This document shows, in pieces, positions 24,715-38,792 of a DNA stretch of 64,000 bases; positions within the stretch are counted from its first letter, which is position 1, and each line of letters begins with the position of its first letter. Location of the stretch: NCBI GenBank assembly GCA_964016885.1, contig OZ024750.1, positions 18,290,001-18,354,000 of the forward strand. The letters run 5' to 3'. This DNA comes from Eledone cirrhosa. Lineage: Eukaryota. The notes below the pieces were generated by a model that worked only from the letters and a program-made list of their open reading frames with translations, did not search any database and was not told the origin of the DNA. The translations under genes and the position numbers were made by a program.

Positions 24715-24944
24715 CAAGTATGTTTTTGCAAGCCTGAAATTTGAAACTGAAGCTTTTGCCTTATTTTTGACCAAAGAAATTTTAGCCCGACAGTGGGGTC
24801 CAGAACGGTCTAATAAATGGAAAAAGATGAGCATTGACGTACATGTATGTCAATATTCATTTTTTTCCATTTATTAAAGGGTTCTGTGCCCCACTATCGG
24901 GCTAAAATTTCTTTAGTCAAAAATACGGCAAAAGCTTCGGTTTA
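24711..24944. mobile_element. Imperfect palindrome of about 200 bp with a one-sided tail of about 30 bp, between (TA)n and (TG)n
   Basis: aaactgaagcttttgcc...aaagaaattttagcccga.agtgggg...taataaatggaaaaa is mirrored by tttttccatttatta...ccccact.tcgggctaaaatttcttt...ggcaaaagcttcggttt. Confidence 0.75.
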
Positions 24945-25021
<77 letters not shown>

Positions 25022-25354
25022 ACATATATGAGATAGATAAAGAAAGAGACTCACACATAAATACACACATACACACGTGTGTGTGTGTGTATCCACAGTG
25101 AAACACTGACAAGGAGATATTTCCAAAAAAAGCAATACCCTTAACCTTTCTCAGGTTTCCTTAATACACATACATACTACTACACATACATTAACACACA
25201 CACACTTCTTCTAAAAAGCTATTTATGAGGTAATCAGCTCCCACATATGCAAATAATTACAAACACACAACAAACTACACACACACTATACATATGTTGT
25301 TCAGTTTCCATATAAAAGGTCAGACCAATTGTGGGAACTAAAATAATTTAGACA

Positions 25355-26392
25355 ACAACATCAACAGCACCAACACCAACGCCACTACTACCAACACCAC
25401 ACCAATAACAACACCACTACTACCAACACCACACCAATAACAACATCACTACAACCAACACCACAACATCACCAACAACAACAACACCACTACAACCAAC
25501 ACCACAACATCACCAACAACAACAACACCACTACAACCAACACCACAACATCACCAACAACAACACCTCAACAACAACACCACTACAACCAACACCACAA
25601 CATCACCACCACAACCACAACACTAATACCAACAACACCACCACACCACACCACACTAGCACCAACACCACTACTACTACCAACACCACCAGCAACATTA
25701 CCAACACCACCAACATCGCCAGCACTACTAACATCACCACCACACTAACACCAACACCATCACCAACAACAACACACAAACACAACCACCACTACCACCA
25801 CCATCAACAACATCACTACTACTACTACCAACACCACCAATATCCCCACCACCGCCACCACCACCAATAACACCATCAACATCTCCAACACCACCATCAA
25901 CATCCCCGACACTACCACCACCAACATCACCAACATCACTACTACTACCACCAACACCACCAATATCCCCACCACCACCACCACCACCAATAACACCATC
26001 AACATCCCCAACACCACCATCAACATCCCCGATACTACCACCACCACCACCACCATCAACATCCCCGATACTACCACCACCACCAACATCTCCAATACTA
26101 CCACCACCACCAACATCCCCGATACTACCACCACCACCACCACCACCAACATCCCCAATACTACCACCACCACCAACATCCCCGATACTACCACCACCAC
26201 CACCACCATCAACATCCCCGATACTACCACCACCACCACCACCAATATCCCCGATACTACCACCACCACCATCAACATCCCCGATACTACCACTACCACC
26301 AACATCCCCGATACTACCACCACCACTACCACCACCACCACCACCAACATCTCCGATACTACCACCACCACCACCACCACCACAACCACTAA
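25355..26392. repeat. (CAC/AAC)-rich compound minisatellite
   Basis: Repeating aacatccccgatactaccaccacc units. Confidence 0.9.
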
Positions 26393-26637
26393 CACGATTG
26401 TAAATTTAAACAGTGAATGAAGTTGTTGTTTCCTGACGCCAACCAAAGCTTGACTTGCTAGTATTAGTTTGTGATAACACTAACAAAATATATAAGATTA
26501 TATTTTCTTCCATACCTCAGTATCTTGGGTATAAGTGAGTGAGTGCTGATAAACTATAATGATTTCTTTATTAGCCACACAGGGCTCACATTAAGGAGAC
26601 ATTAAAGACAGTAGAGGACGCTACAGCTGATAAACTA

Positions 26638-26817
26638 TAATTGTTTCTACTTTAGGCACACGACCAGCAAATTACCCAGTACATTACTGGTACTTTATTT
26701 TATCGACCCCGTAAGGATGAAAGGCAAAGTTAACCTCGGCGGGATTTGAACTCAGACTGTAAAGGGACGTAACTATGCTAGAAAGCATGGCGTCCAACCC
26801 TCTACCGATACTGCCAA
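26638..26817 (-). mobile_element. SINE family A
   Basis: Matches the family consensus; target-site duplication gataaactataat. Confidence 0.85.
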
Positions 26818-27579
26818 GATAAACTATAATGACAGTGAAATGTATGTATCTTATTCCGATATGTCAGCGACCCAAGAGCTAAGAAGGCCCCACAGCAACC
26901 ATGCAACATCCATTTTGAGAAAAATCTGTGCCTGCTTCAGGTCCCAAAGAGGTTTTCTACCATACCACCTTGCAAAATTTCTCTTGGAGGCCTTAGTTGA
27001 GGTAGCTGTGACATTGAAATACACAGCAAAACTATATGTATGCTTATTTCATATAAATATATTGTGTATGGGTTCATATATGCCTTTATTTTTAATCACA
27101 CTGTGTTAGTGTCATTGCTTATTAAAACTAACCAGGTAAGCCAGCACTGTATGTCAATTAGGGTTCTGTTTAGGGTTAGGGCTATGATTAGATTTTGGGA
27201 AAGGGTTAACAATTTATAATCTTGTTTCAGATGTAAGAATCTGAACAAATTTTTGAAAAAAAAAACAAACACAAAAACCAAAAATATTACTGGGGTAGGA
27301 GAGGGGTGAATCCCCAAAATTCTGCCAATTTTTTTTCAAAATAAACATCTAAAATTGAGTGAAAATAATTCTTTGTGCAAACCCTGACATGACTGTGAAT
27401 CATCTTATGCAATGAGTCCTTAACTCTTGAGTAGTAGGGATGTTGTAGTGATATATGGTGTGTCCTGGACATTTAAACCTAGTAGAGCTCATCTTGCTCC
27501 AGATCTGAACACGGTCAAATTCTTTCAGAGAAAGAGAGACATAGAGAGGAGGGGGTAGTGAGAAATAGATATAGAGGAA

Positions 27580-27895
27580 GAATCGACCCTAGTACTAGAC
27601 TAGTACTTTATTGACCCTGAAAGGATCAAAGGTAAAATTAAACTTTGTGGGATTTGAACTTAGAGCATTGAGAACTGAGAAGAATACCAAGGATATTTCA
27701 TACAACTGTTTCTACTATTGGCACAAGGCCAGCAATTACTCAGTACATTACTGGTACTTTATTTTATTGATCCCGTAAGGATGAAAGGCAAAGTTAACCT
27801 CGGAGGGGATTTGAAATCAGAATGGCAAGGGCCGTAACTCTATGCGTCGAAGCATGGCGTCCGACCCTCTACCGATACTGCCAATTCACTGCCCA
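27580..27895 (-). mobile_element. SINE family A: a young copy nested in an older relative
   Basis: Two successive core segments (27580-27700 diverged, 27705-27895 close to consensus). Confidence 0.75.
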
Positions 27896-28404
27896 ACGTT
27901 CTAACAATTCTGCCAATCCACCGCTCAACATTCTAACAACTCTGCCAATTCACCAGCCAACGTTCTAACAACTCTGCCAATTCACCAGCCAACATTCTAA
28001 CAACTCTGCCAATTCACCACCCAACGTTCTAACAACTCTGCCAATTCACCAGCCAACGTTCTAACAACTCTGCCAATTCACCAGCCAACGTTCTAACAAC
28101 TCTGCCAATTCACCACCCAACATTCTAACAACTCTGCCAATTCACCAGCCAACGTTCTAACAACTCTGCCAATTCACCACCCAACGTTCTAACAACTCTG
28201 CCAATTCACCAGCCAACGTTCTAACAACTCTGCCAATTCACCAGCCAACGTTCTAACAACTCTGCCAATTCACCACCCAACATTCTAACAACTCTGCCAA
28301 TTCACCACCCAACGTTCTAACAACTCTGCCAATTCACCAGCCAACGTTCTAACAACTCTGCCAATTCACCACCCAACATTCTAACAACTCTGCCAATTCA
28401 CCAC
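27876..28404. repeat. 32-bp tandem array (about 16 copies) derived from the SINE A 5' end
   Basis: Unit aacgttctaacaactctgccaattcaccagcc; a single copy is seen at the SINE end at 31015-31045. Confidence 0.9.
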
Positions 28405-28868
28405 TTTCAACAGTAGCTACTATATGGAATATAAAAGATAAGTATCATTGAAATAATTCTATTTAGAATGGCCTACTTTGAAATACAGCTGCTACTATTA
28501 CAGGAGGGAGTTGGGTGCTTAGCTGTGGGTACTTGACATGAAGTAGGTGTAAGATAAACCCCCTCTCCTCTACCCTTTAACTATCTAGTCCAGACTTTCC
28601 CAACCCTTTTTAAAGAATGGTCCACCACCACCTTTTTTTTCTTCTACCCAATATATTTAAGGTGAAGGTGTGTGGCATAGTGATTAGGGTGTTCAGCTCA
28701 CAATCGGAAAGTTGTGAGTTCAATTCCCAGTGACATGTGTCTTTGAGTAAAACACTTTATTCCATGTTGCTCCAGTCCACACAGCTGGCAAAAGTTACTT
28801 GTTCTCATAATTCATAGGGCCAGTCTTGTCACACACTGCCATGCTGAATCCCTCGCCGAGAACTACAT

Positions 28869-29091
28869 CAACCCTTTAGCATTTACATAACTATATATAC
28901 TATTATATTTCCATGGTAAGCACATTACCTCACATAATTATCTCACGTGATATCAAATCTACGAGATTTTGATATTTATTTTGAAAACAATAACTTAACA
29001 TCAATATAAGTGGCCAGCTATGGCCAGTTTGAACAGAAAGAGGTAGGTAAAAGAATTTTGGCTGGATTTGGCCGGTTTAAATGGTAAAGGG
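28869..29091 (-). mobile_element. MITE family A
   Basis: Reverse-orientation match; termini slightly decayed. Confidence 0.75.
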
Positions 29092-29189
29092 TACACACAT
29101 TTATGTAAAATACTCAACCATTTTTACGCTGATTCCATGAGTAGGTCATTCTGTTGTTTGAAGAACTAGAATACTCCTTGTTGGAATCT

Positions 29190-29624
29190 ATCACCGTTTT
29201 TTACTTCTGTTCTTCCACGCAAGCATGGGTTAGACGGGTTGTCCTGTTGTGGGCAGTGTCCGGTCAGCTGACCTTGTCTTGCTCATACGGGATCTGATTC
29301 TGGCTTGATTTCTACAGCTGGATGCCTTTCCTAACACCAACCTCATTTACAGTGAGTGCTGGGTGCTTTTTTCCGTGGCGCCTACACGTCCACTTTTACA
29401 GTGTGGGCTGGGTGCTTTTTTGCCGTGGCACTTCCACGACCACTTTGCAGTGGAATGACAGGGACCCCAGTCCCTATCATCTCATTTCTACAGCTGAGTA
29501 AACTGGAGCAATGTGAAATAAAGAGTCTTGCTCAAGGAAACAACACATCACCCGGTCCGAGAATTGAACTCACAACCTTTCGATTGCAAGCCCAAAGCTC
29601 TAACCACTAAGCCCTACACCTTCA
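29190..29624 (-). mobile_element. SINE family B variant with an alternative tail
   Basis: Same head and core as 7932-8263, plus an internal duplication. Tail is cccgtctaacccatgcttgcgtggaag. Confidence 0.8.
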
Positions 29625-30144
29625 TTATGAAGGTTTAATATTTCACCTAGACTTCCACCCACCCATTTATTCACTGCAGAGTTAAGAAAAAAATTCTACA
29701 TTGAAAATTACATTTTAATAAAATCTTTTAAAAAATTTATTCAAAAATTTATTGAATAACTAAAGGTGACAGTTTTACGAGTCACAACTAATTAGCATTC
29801 TTCACCCCTTTTTTCTCCCTCACAACTCCTTGTTTTCCAATGAACTCTGCCCATTACAACCCCCTTGTCTTCCAACAGCTTCTTCCTTACCAAACCCATA
29901 ACTTCCCTCCTACCACCTTCTTGCCTTTCAGTGTTGCTTCTCAATCTCCCAGTATCCCCAGGGGAGGCAGTGACAGCCACCCTCCTCAAGAAAGAGCCCT
30001 GTGAGGTTGTGTGGCTGATGCAGCAGGTGTTGCTGGCCATTCTCCGTGGCAATACCTTTGTCATTTTATCTGCTGGATGCAGTTGAAACACAGCTCAGAT
30101 AGAGCCTATTGTCCCCGCCACATCTCCCTTTTTTTTTTCTTGCT

Positions 30145-30346
30145 TACTGTATATACTCAAATATAAGCCAAACCCCCACCCCCTATTTTATGTCTGAGAA
30201 ATGGGCAAACATCCAAACCTTATTTACGCAGAATTTGAAGTTGGTGAAAATCATCACAATATTGACCCTGAATGAAAGTCAACCCACTTCTAACATCAAT
30301 TATTTTGGTCACATATTCCTTGGCTAATATTCGAATACATACTGTA
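30145..30346. mobile_element. Tc1/mariner(pogo)-type MITE
   Basis: TA-ctgtatatactcaaatataagcc ... ggctaatattcgaatacatactg-TA imperfect terminal inverted repeats. Confidence 0.65.
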
Positions 30347-30884
30347 AGGTGGTTGTGTGGGTGTCACGACAAAAAGCACCCAGCCCATACTGTAAGGTGG
30401 TGGTGGAGGTGTCACAACAAAAAGCACCCAGCACTCACTGTAAAGTGTTTGGCGTTAGGAAGGGCATCCAGCCATAGAAACCCAGCCAAAAGCAGTTCTA
30501 TATGAGCAGGTCACCTGACCCAACTTGCCTCAAATGGGACAACTCATCTAACCCATGCTAGCATGGAAAGTGGACGTTAAACAAGGATGATGATGATGAT
30601 GATACAGTAATTCCTTTCTTTTCTTCCTCATTTTCTTGTTTCCTTATTTCCATGTATATTGTACATTTTTTTTTTTTTACTACTGGATATTCTCTATCAC
30701 CTGGTCCCATAACTCTTGAGGGAGTCGTTGGGGTGCTGTATTGACAGACAGTGATTCTAGGACATTTTTTAAACCTGGCAGAGCCCATTTTCTCTCCAGG
30801 TCTGAATACAGCAGATTTCTTCCTGAGAAGGATAATGAGTGAAAGTGAGAGGAAATGAGAAAGAGAGAAAGAGATATAGAGGAA

Positions 30885-31045
30885 GAATCAACCCCAGTAC
30901 TAGACTGGTACTTTTTTTATCGACCTTGAATAGATCGAAGGTAAAATTGACCTCGGTGGGATTTGAACTCCAAGAGCAGAGAGCTGAAGCGAATACCATA
31001 AAGCATTCTATCTGACGTTCTAACAACTCTGCCAATTCACCACCA
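30885..31045 (-). mobile_element. Older SINE family A relative
   Basis: ctggtacttt..atcgacc...gacctcggtgggatttgaactc...ctgccaattcaccacca. Confidence 0.7.
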
Positions 31046-31451
31046 TCTGTATCACAATACATTTATTTAAATATAATATTCCCAGTCTATGCAGATATGG
31101 CTGAGTGGTAAAGAAGTTTGCTTCACAATCATGAGATCCAGGTTCAATTCATGACATCTTGGGCATTGATTAGATTTACCATAGCCTTGGTTCGACCCAA
31201 GTTTCCGTCTTTCCTTTGGTTACTAAACAAACACCTTAACCATACAGTCATGCCTGCACACCTTTCCAACCCTGAAGTTTCCATCAGTTTTGATACCTCA
31301 CTCACTGCCTCTACTTCATTATGTTAAAAAAATAATTCTGTTTCAATTAGGTTTGAGCAAAATATAATGGAACAGCTTTTTATGCCACTTTAACTTTTTA
31401 TGTCTGATTCTTAAATTGGTTCCAGAAGATAATTGAATTTAAAAACACAAA

Positions 31452-31650
31452 ATGTTAGTGACTATGATGATGATGATGATGATGGTGATGATGGTGGTGG
31501 TGATAGCAGTCCATGGTGTTAAGGATGAGTGTCGTCAGTACTATTTTCGTGGTGGTGGTGGTGGTGGTGGTGGTGGTGGTGACCATGTTTGTAGGTGCTG
31601 TTTTGATGATGATGATGATGATGTTACTGCTATTGATTATGGTGGTGGTT

Positions 31651-31683
<33 letters not shown>

Positions 31684-32296
31684 ATGGTTATGATGATGCT
31701 GCTGCTGCTGCTGCTGGAGGTGGTGGTGGTGGTGGTGGTAATGGTGGTGATGTTAGTGCTGTTTATGGTGTTGATGATGAGAATGACGATGGTGATGATG
31801 GAGATGGTGGCGATGGAGATAGTAGTGGCGCTGTTGCCACTATCAATGATGATGGTGGTGGTGGTGGTGGTTGTGATGATGCTGATGATGCTGATGATGA
31901 TGCTGATGCTGATATAAATGATGGTGGTGGTGGTGGTTGTGATGATGCTGCTGATGATGCTGATGATGCTGATGATGATGCTACTATAAATGATGGTGGT
32001 TGTGATGATGCTGATGATGCTGATGCTGATGATGCTACTATAAATGATGGTGGTGGTGGTGGTTATGATGATGCTGATAATGCTGATGCTGATGATGCTA
32101 CTATAAATGATGGTGGTGGTGGTGGTGGTTATGATGATGCTGATAATGCTGATGCTGATGATGCTACTATAAATGATGGTGGTGGTGGTGGTTGTGATGA
32201 TGCTGATGATGCTACTATAAATGGTGGTGGTGCTGCTGCTGATGCTGTTACTATTATTTATGATGGTGATGGTGATGATGTATTTTGTTGTTGTTT

Positions 32297-32350
<54 letters not shown>

Positions 32351-32657
32351 TTTTAAAATTTTAATTAACTTGTCAATATAATTTCTTCTAGTAACTTCTG
32401 CTGTGGAATAAAAAAAATAAAATTTAAAAAGAGATATAAAAAAAGTTGGACATTTCTCTTCTCTCGATGTTTTTCTTGTTGAAAATATATACATTTTTTT
32501 TTTACATGTATTTTACATGTTTTTTACATGTATTTTACATGTTTTTTACATGTTTTTTACATGTTTTTGGTTGGTTGTTCTTTTTTGTACATGAATATTT
32601 TGTAACATTTAGAGTAGATTAATGTTTAGAGACCTCAGTGTGGTCTGTACTGTCATT

Positions 32658-32692
<35 letters not shown>

Positions 32693-35140
32693 GAGCAACA
32701 TCAAATATAATCATCATCATCATCATCATCATCATCGTTTTCAACACTAGCAGCACTTAGAACCAACAACATCAGTGCCCTCATCAACATCATCATAATC
32801 TTCATAATCTTCAACACCACCACCACTATCACCACTATCATCATCACCACCACCATCTCCACCACAACCACCATCATCATCATCATCATCACCACCACCA
32901 CTATCATCACCACTACCACCATCACCACTACCATCACCACTACCACCATCGCCACTACCATCTCCACCATCTCCACCACCACTATCACCACCACCATCTC
33001 CACCACAACCACCATCATCATCATCATCATCTCCACCACCACCATCTCCACCACCACCACCATCAACAGCACCATCTCCACCACAACCACCACCACCACC
33101 ATCAACAGCACCATCTCCACCACCACCACCATCAACAGCACCATCTCCACCACCACCACCATCAACAGCACCATCTCCACCACCACCACCATCAACAGCA
33201 CCATCTCCACCACCACCACCATCAACAGCACCATCTCCACCACCACCACCATCAACAGCACCATCTCCACCACAACCACCACCACCACCATCATCATCAT
33301 CACCAGTACTATATTATCGTCATCATCATCATCATCAACAGAACCATCTCTATTATCATCATCAGTACCATCTCCACCGCCGCCATCATCATCATCAGAA
33401 CCATCTCCACCGCGATCATCATCATCATCATCATCAACAACAGAACCATTTCTATTATCAACATGACCATCATCAACAACAGCACTATCTCTTTAATCAT
33501 CATCATCATCATCATCATCACTAACCTCCATACCAACAACATCATCATCATCATCACTAACCTCCATACCAACAACAACATCATCATCATCAACACACAT
33601 CATCCACTACAACAGCATCACCACGGCACTACCTACATGCCACCACCACCACCACCACCACCACCACCACCATAACAATCTCCACACCATATCCAGCAAC
33701 ATTGTTACACACCCATTATAAGTAGCCATCATCATCATCATCCCCAACATCATTATACAATCCTTATAAGTAGCAATTACCACCATCATCACTATCATCA
33801 AGAATATTATTATTAGAAGTAATCATCACCACCAACACCATCAATAACAACACTACTACCACCACAAACACCATCACCCCACCATCAACACAACTACCAC
33901 CACCATCAATACAACCACCACCACCACCACCATCACCACCACCATCAACACCACCAACACCATCAATACAACCACCACCACCACCACCATCAACACCACC
34001 ACCAACACCATCAACGCCACCACCATCAATACAACCACCACCACCATCAATACAACCACCACCACCACCACCATCAACACCACCACCACCATCAATACAA
34101 CCACCACCACCACCACCATCAACACCACCACCACCATCAATACAACCACCACCACCACCACCATCAACACCACCACCACCATCAATACAACCACCACCAC
34201 CATCAATACAACCACCACCACCACCAATACAACCACCACCACCACCACCATCAACACCACCACCACCATCAATACAACCACCACCACCATCAATACAACC
34301 ACCACCACCATCAACGCCACCACCACCACCATCAATACAACCACCACCACCACCACCACCATCAACACCACCACCAACACCATCAACGCCACCACCATCA
34401 ATACAACCACCACCACCATCAATACAACCACCACCACCACCACCATCAACACCACCACCACCATCAATACAACCACCACCACCATCAATACAACCACCAC
34501 CACCACCACCATCAACACCACCACCACCATCAATACAACCACCACCACCATCAATACAACCACCACCACCACCAATACAACCACCACCACCACCATCAAC
34601 ACCACCACCAACACCATCAACGCCACCACCACCACCATCAACACCGCCACCATCAACACCGCCACCACCACCACCACCACCTCTTGCTACCCCTCCCCCA
34701 CAATATATTATTGGGAGAGAGAAAAAAGGTGTTTTGTGGAAAACGTAAAAGATAACCAATTCAGTTTAAAGAAACATTTATTTCCACTAGAAACAAATTT
34801 ATATTCAATAGATTTCACCTCCTTCACAATCACCATCACCATCACCATCACCTCCTTCACCATCACCACCTTCACCATCACCATTATCATCACCTCCTTC
34901 ACCATCATCACCATCACCAGCATCACCTCCTTCACCATCACCATCACCTCCAGCACCATCACCTCCTTCACCATCACCATCACCTCCTTCACCATAACCA
35001 TCATAACCATCATCATCATCACCATAACCATCATCACCATAACCATCATCACCATAACCATCATCACCATAACCATCATCACCATAACCATCATCACCAT
35101 AATCTTCATCACCATAACCATCATTACCATAATCATCAAC
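31452..35140. repeat. Large trinucleotide low-complexity block: (GAT/GGT) 31452-32300, then (CAT/CAC) 32700-35140
   Basis: Directly visible; accounts for many spurious ORFs. Confidence 0.95.
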
Positions 35141-35190
35141 TGTTTATATGTAAATTTAAACTTGTTATCATAGCTGTATCTAAAAACCTT

Positions 35191-35480
35191 TTAACCCTTT
35201 AGCATTCACATTACTCTATATATACTATTGTATTTTCATGGTAAAGGCTTTACCACACATAATTATCTCACATTACTCTATATATACTATTGTATGTTCA
35301 TGGTAAAGGCTTTACCACACATAATTATCTCACATAATATCGAATCTATGAGATTTTGAAAGTATTTATTTTGAGAACAATACCTTAACATCAGTTTGAG
35401 CAACCAGTTACAGCCAGTTTCAACAGAAATAGGTAGAGAATTCTGGCCGGTTTGGGCCGGTTTGAACATTAAAGGGTTAA
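35191..35480 (-). mobile_element. MITE family A with an internal duplication, nested in a family B MITE ending at about 35621
   Basis: TTAA at both ends; the flanks continue the family B consensus (...gtaacaaaagggttaa). Confidence 0.8.
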
Positions 35481-35739
35481 GTTATGTTTCAAATACCAGC
35501 TTAATAACGAGAAAGTTGGTTGTATCAATAAATCTTGCCAAATTTTTTTTATTATTTTTCCAAATTATTTTAAAATCATAGGCAGTATCTTTCATTAGAA
35601 ATATGGTAACAAAAGGGTTAAATTTTGAATTTTAGAACAGCATGTACCAGAGTATTTATCATGGAATAAAAACACTTCCTTATTGTATCTATTCCAATTC
35701 TGTCTGTTGCCATCTATAGTCACCAGAAAAGTGGTGATA

Positions 35740-38530
35740 CTTCTGCCAGGAATTGTAATTAACAGATAGTATTAGCAATGGAAACATTATTTCCTTGGTC
35801 CAATCTGACAACCAGCTTCAATCTTCTGCTAGCAGTATTGACCAGCAGATAGTAACAATGGAAAGACCAATGGAAACATTGTTTTCTTCGTCTGATCTAA
35901 CGATTGGCTTCTCTATTCTGCCAGAATTTGAAACCAGTGGATAGTACCAACAATATTAAACCAATGGAAACATTGTTTTCTTGGTCTGATCTGACAATTA
36001 GCTTCTTTATTCTGCCAGAATTTGAAACCAGTGGATAGAAACAACAATATTAAACCAATGGAAACATTGTTTTCTTGGTCTGATCTGACAATTAGCTTCT
36101 CTATTCTGCCAGAATTTGAAACCAGTGGATAGTACCAACAATATTAAACCAATGGAAACATTGTTTTCTTGGTCTGATCTGACAATTAGCTTCTTTATTT
36201 TGCCAGAATTTGAAACCAGTGGATAGTACCAACAATATTAAACCAATGGAAACATTGTTTTCTTGGTCTGATCTGACAATTAGCTTCTTTATTCTGCCAG
36301 AATTTGAAACCAGCAGATAGTACCAACAATATTAAACCAATGGAAACATTGTTTTCTTGGTCTGATCTGACAATTAGCTTCTTTATTTTGCCAGAATTTG
36401 AAACCAGTGGATAGTACCAACAATATTAAACCAATGGAAACATTGTTTTCTTGGTCTGATCTGACAATTAGCTTCTTTATTTTGCCAGAATTTGAAACCA
36501 GTGGATAGTACCAACAATATTAAACCAATGGAAACATTGTTTTCTTGGTCTGATCTGACAATTAGCTTCTTTATTTTGCCAGAATTTGAAACCAGTGGAT
36601 AGTACCAACAATATTAAACCAATGGAAACATTGTTTTCTTGGTCTGATCTGACAATTAGCTTCTTTATTTTGCCAGAATTTGAAACCAGTGGATAGTACC
36701 AACAATATTAAACCAATGGAAACATTGTTTTCTTGGTCTGATCTGACAATTAGCTTCTTTATTCTGCCAGAATTTGAAACCAGCAGATAGTACCAACAAT
36801 ATTAAACCAATGGAAACATTGTTTTCTTGGTCTGATCTGACAATTAGCTTCTTTATTCTGCCAGAATTTGAAACCAGCAGATAGTACCAACAATATTAAA
36901 CCAATGGAAACATTGTTTTCTTGGTCTGATCTGACAATTAGCTTCTTTATTTTGCCAGAATTTGAAACTAGTGGATAGTACCAACAATATTAAACCAATG
37001 GAAACATTGTTTTCTTGGTCTGATCTGACAATTAGCTTCTTTATTCTGCCAGAATTTGAAACCAGCAGATAGTACCAACAATATTAAACCAATGGAAACA
37101 TTGTTTTCTTGGTCTGATCTGACAATTAGCTTCTTTATTTTGCCAGAATTTGAAACCAGTGGATAGTACCAACAATATTAAACCAATGGAAACATTGTTT
37201 TCTTGGTCTGATCTGACAATTAGCTTCTTTATTTTGCCAGAATTTGAAACCAGTGGATAGTACCAACAATATTAAACCAATGGAAACATTGTTTTCTTGG
37301 TCTGATCTGACAATTAGCTTCTTTATTTTGCCAGAATTTGAAACCAGTGGATAGTACCAACAATATTAAACCAATGGAAACATTGTTTTCTTGGTCTGAT
37401 CTGACAATTAGCTTCTTTATTTTGCCAGAATTTGAAACCAGTGGATAGTACCAACAATATTAAACCAATGGAAACATTGTTTTCTTGGTCTGATCTGACA
37501 ATTAGCTTCTTTATTTTGCCAGAATTTGAAACCAGTGGATAGTACCAACAATATTAAACCAATGGAAACATTGTTTTCTTGGTCTGATCTGACAATTAGC
37601 TTCTTTATTTTGCCAGAATTTGAAACCAGTGGATAGTACCAACAATATTAAACCAATGGAAACATTGTTTTCTTGGTCTGATCTGACAATTAGCTTCTTT
37701 ATTCTGCCAGAATTTGAAACCAGCAGATAGTACCAACAATATTAAACCAATGGAAACATTGTTTTCTTGGTCTGATCTGACAATTAGCTTCTTTATTCTG
37801 CCAGAATTTGAAACCAGCAGATAGTACCAACAATATTAAACCAATGGAAACATTGTTTTCTTGGTCTGATCTGACAATTAGCTTCTTTATTTTGCCAGAA
37901 TTTGAAACCAGTGGATAGTACCAACAATATTAAACCAATGGAAACATTGTTTTCTTGGTCTGATCTGACAATTAGCTTCTTTATTCTGCCAGAATTTGAA
38001 ACCAGCAGATAGTACCAACAATATTAAACCAATGGAAACATTGTTTTCTTGGTCTGATCTGACAATTAGCTTCTTTATTTTGCCAGAATTTGAAACCAGT
38101 GGATAGTACCAACAATATTAAACCAATGGAAACATTGTTTTCTTGGTCTGATCTGACAATTAGCTTCTTTATTTTGCCAGAATTTGAAACCAGTGGATAG
38201 TACCAACAATATTAAACCAATGGAAACATTGTTTTCTTGGTCTGATCTGACAATTAGCTTCTTTATTCTGCCAGAATTTGAAACCAGCAGATAGTACCAA
38301 CAATATTAAACCAATGGAAACATTGTTTTCTTGGTCTGATCTGACAATTAGCTTCTTTATTCTGCCAGAATTTGAAACCAGCAATAGAAAGACCTAGGGA
38401 ACATTGTTTCGTTGGTCTGATCTGACAATTGGCTTCTTTATTCTGCCAGGAGTCGCAACTGACAGTACAAACAATAAAATGACCAATAAAAACATGGTTT
38501 CCTTGGTCTGATCTGGCAGTTGGTTCCTTG
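35740..38530. repeat. 94-bp tandem satellite (about 27 homogeneous copies, decayed edges)
   Basis: Unit accagtggatagtaccaacaatattaaaccaatggaaacattgttttcttggtctgatctgacaattagcttctttattttgccagaatttgaa. Confidence 0.95.
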
Positions 38531-38792
38531 CCATTTGTTTTTTTTTTGTTTTTTTTTTACGTTTTAGATTATGGAAAAGCAAATAGAAGATTGTATGGGA
38601 AGATGGAATTATATTGGGAGGAGATGGAATTGTGAAGGAAAGAATTAGATTAAGAAGGGATAAAAGAAAAAAGCTGTAAGAGAAGAATGTGAAGGAGAAA
38701 AATACAAAAAAAATAAATAAAGATAAACAGGAATGACAAGATTATAGGAAGGAAATAATCAGGTGTGACAGCATTATGTGGAATAATAATAA

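Noticed and set aside
27170-27182. TTAGGG telomeric repeats
   Set aside because: Only two copies; expected by chance.
29792-30091. Moderately GC-rich segment with 99-aa and 73-aa ORFs as a possible exon
   Set aside because: No recognisable protein motif or convincing splice-site pair; may be an old transposon remnant. Needs RNA-seq or BLASTX.
31452-35173. Long ORFs (309, 282, 331, 268 aa and others)
   Set aside because: Products of trinucleotide repeats, open in several frames on both strands.
35740-38530. CRISPR-like appearance of the 94-bp array (also the 50-bp array at 387-1596)
   Set aside because: Units are contiguous with no unique spacers, there are no cas genes, and the context is eukaryotic.
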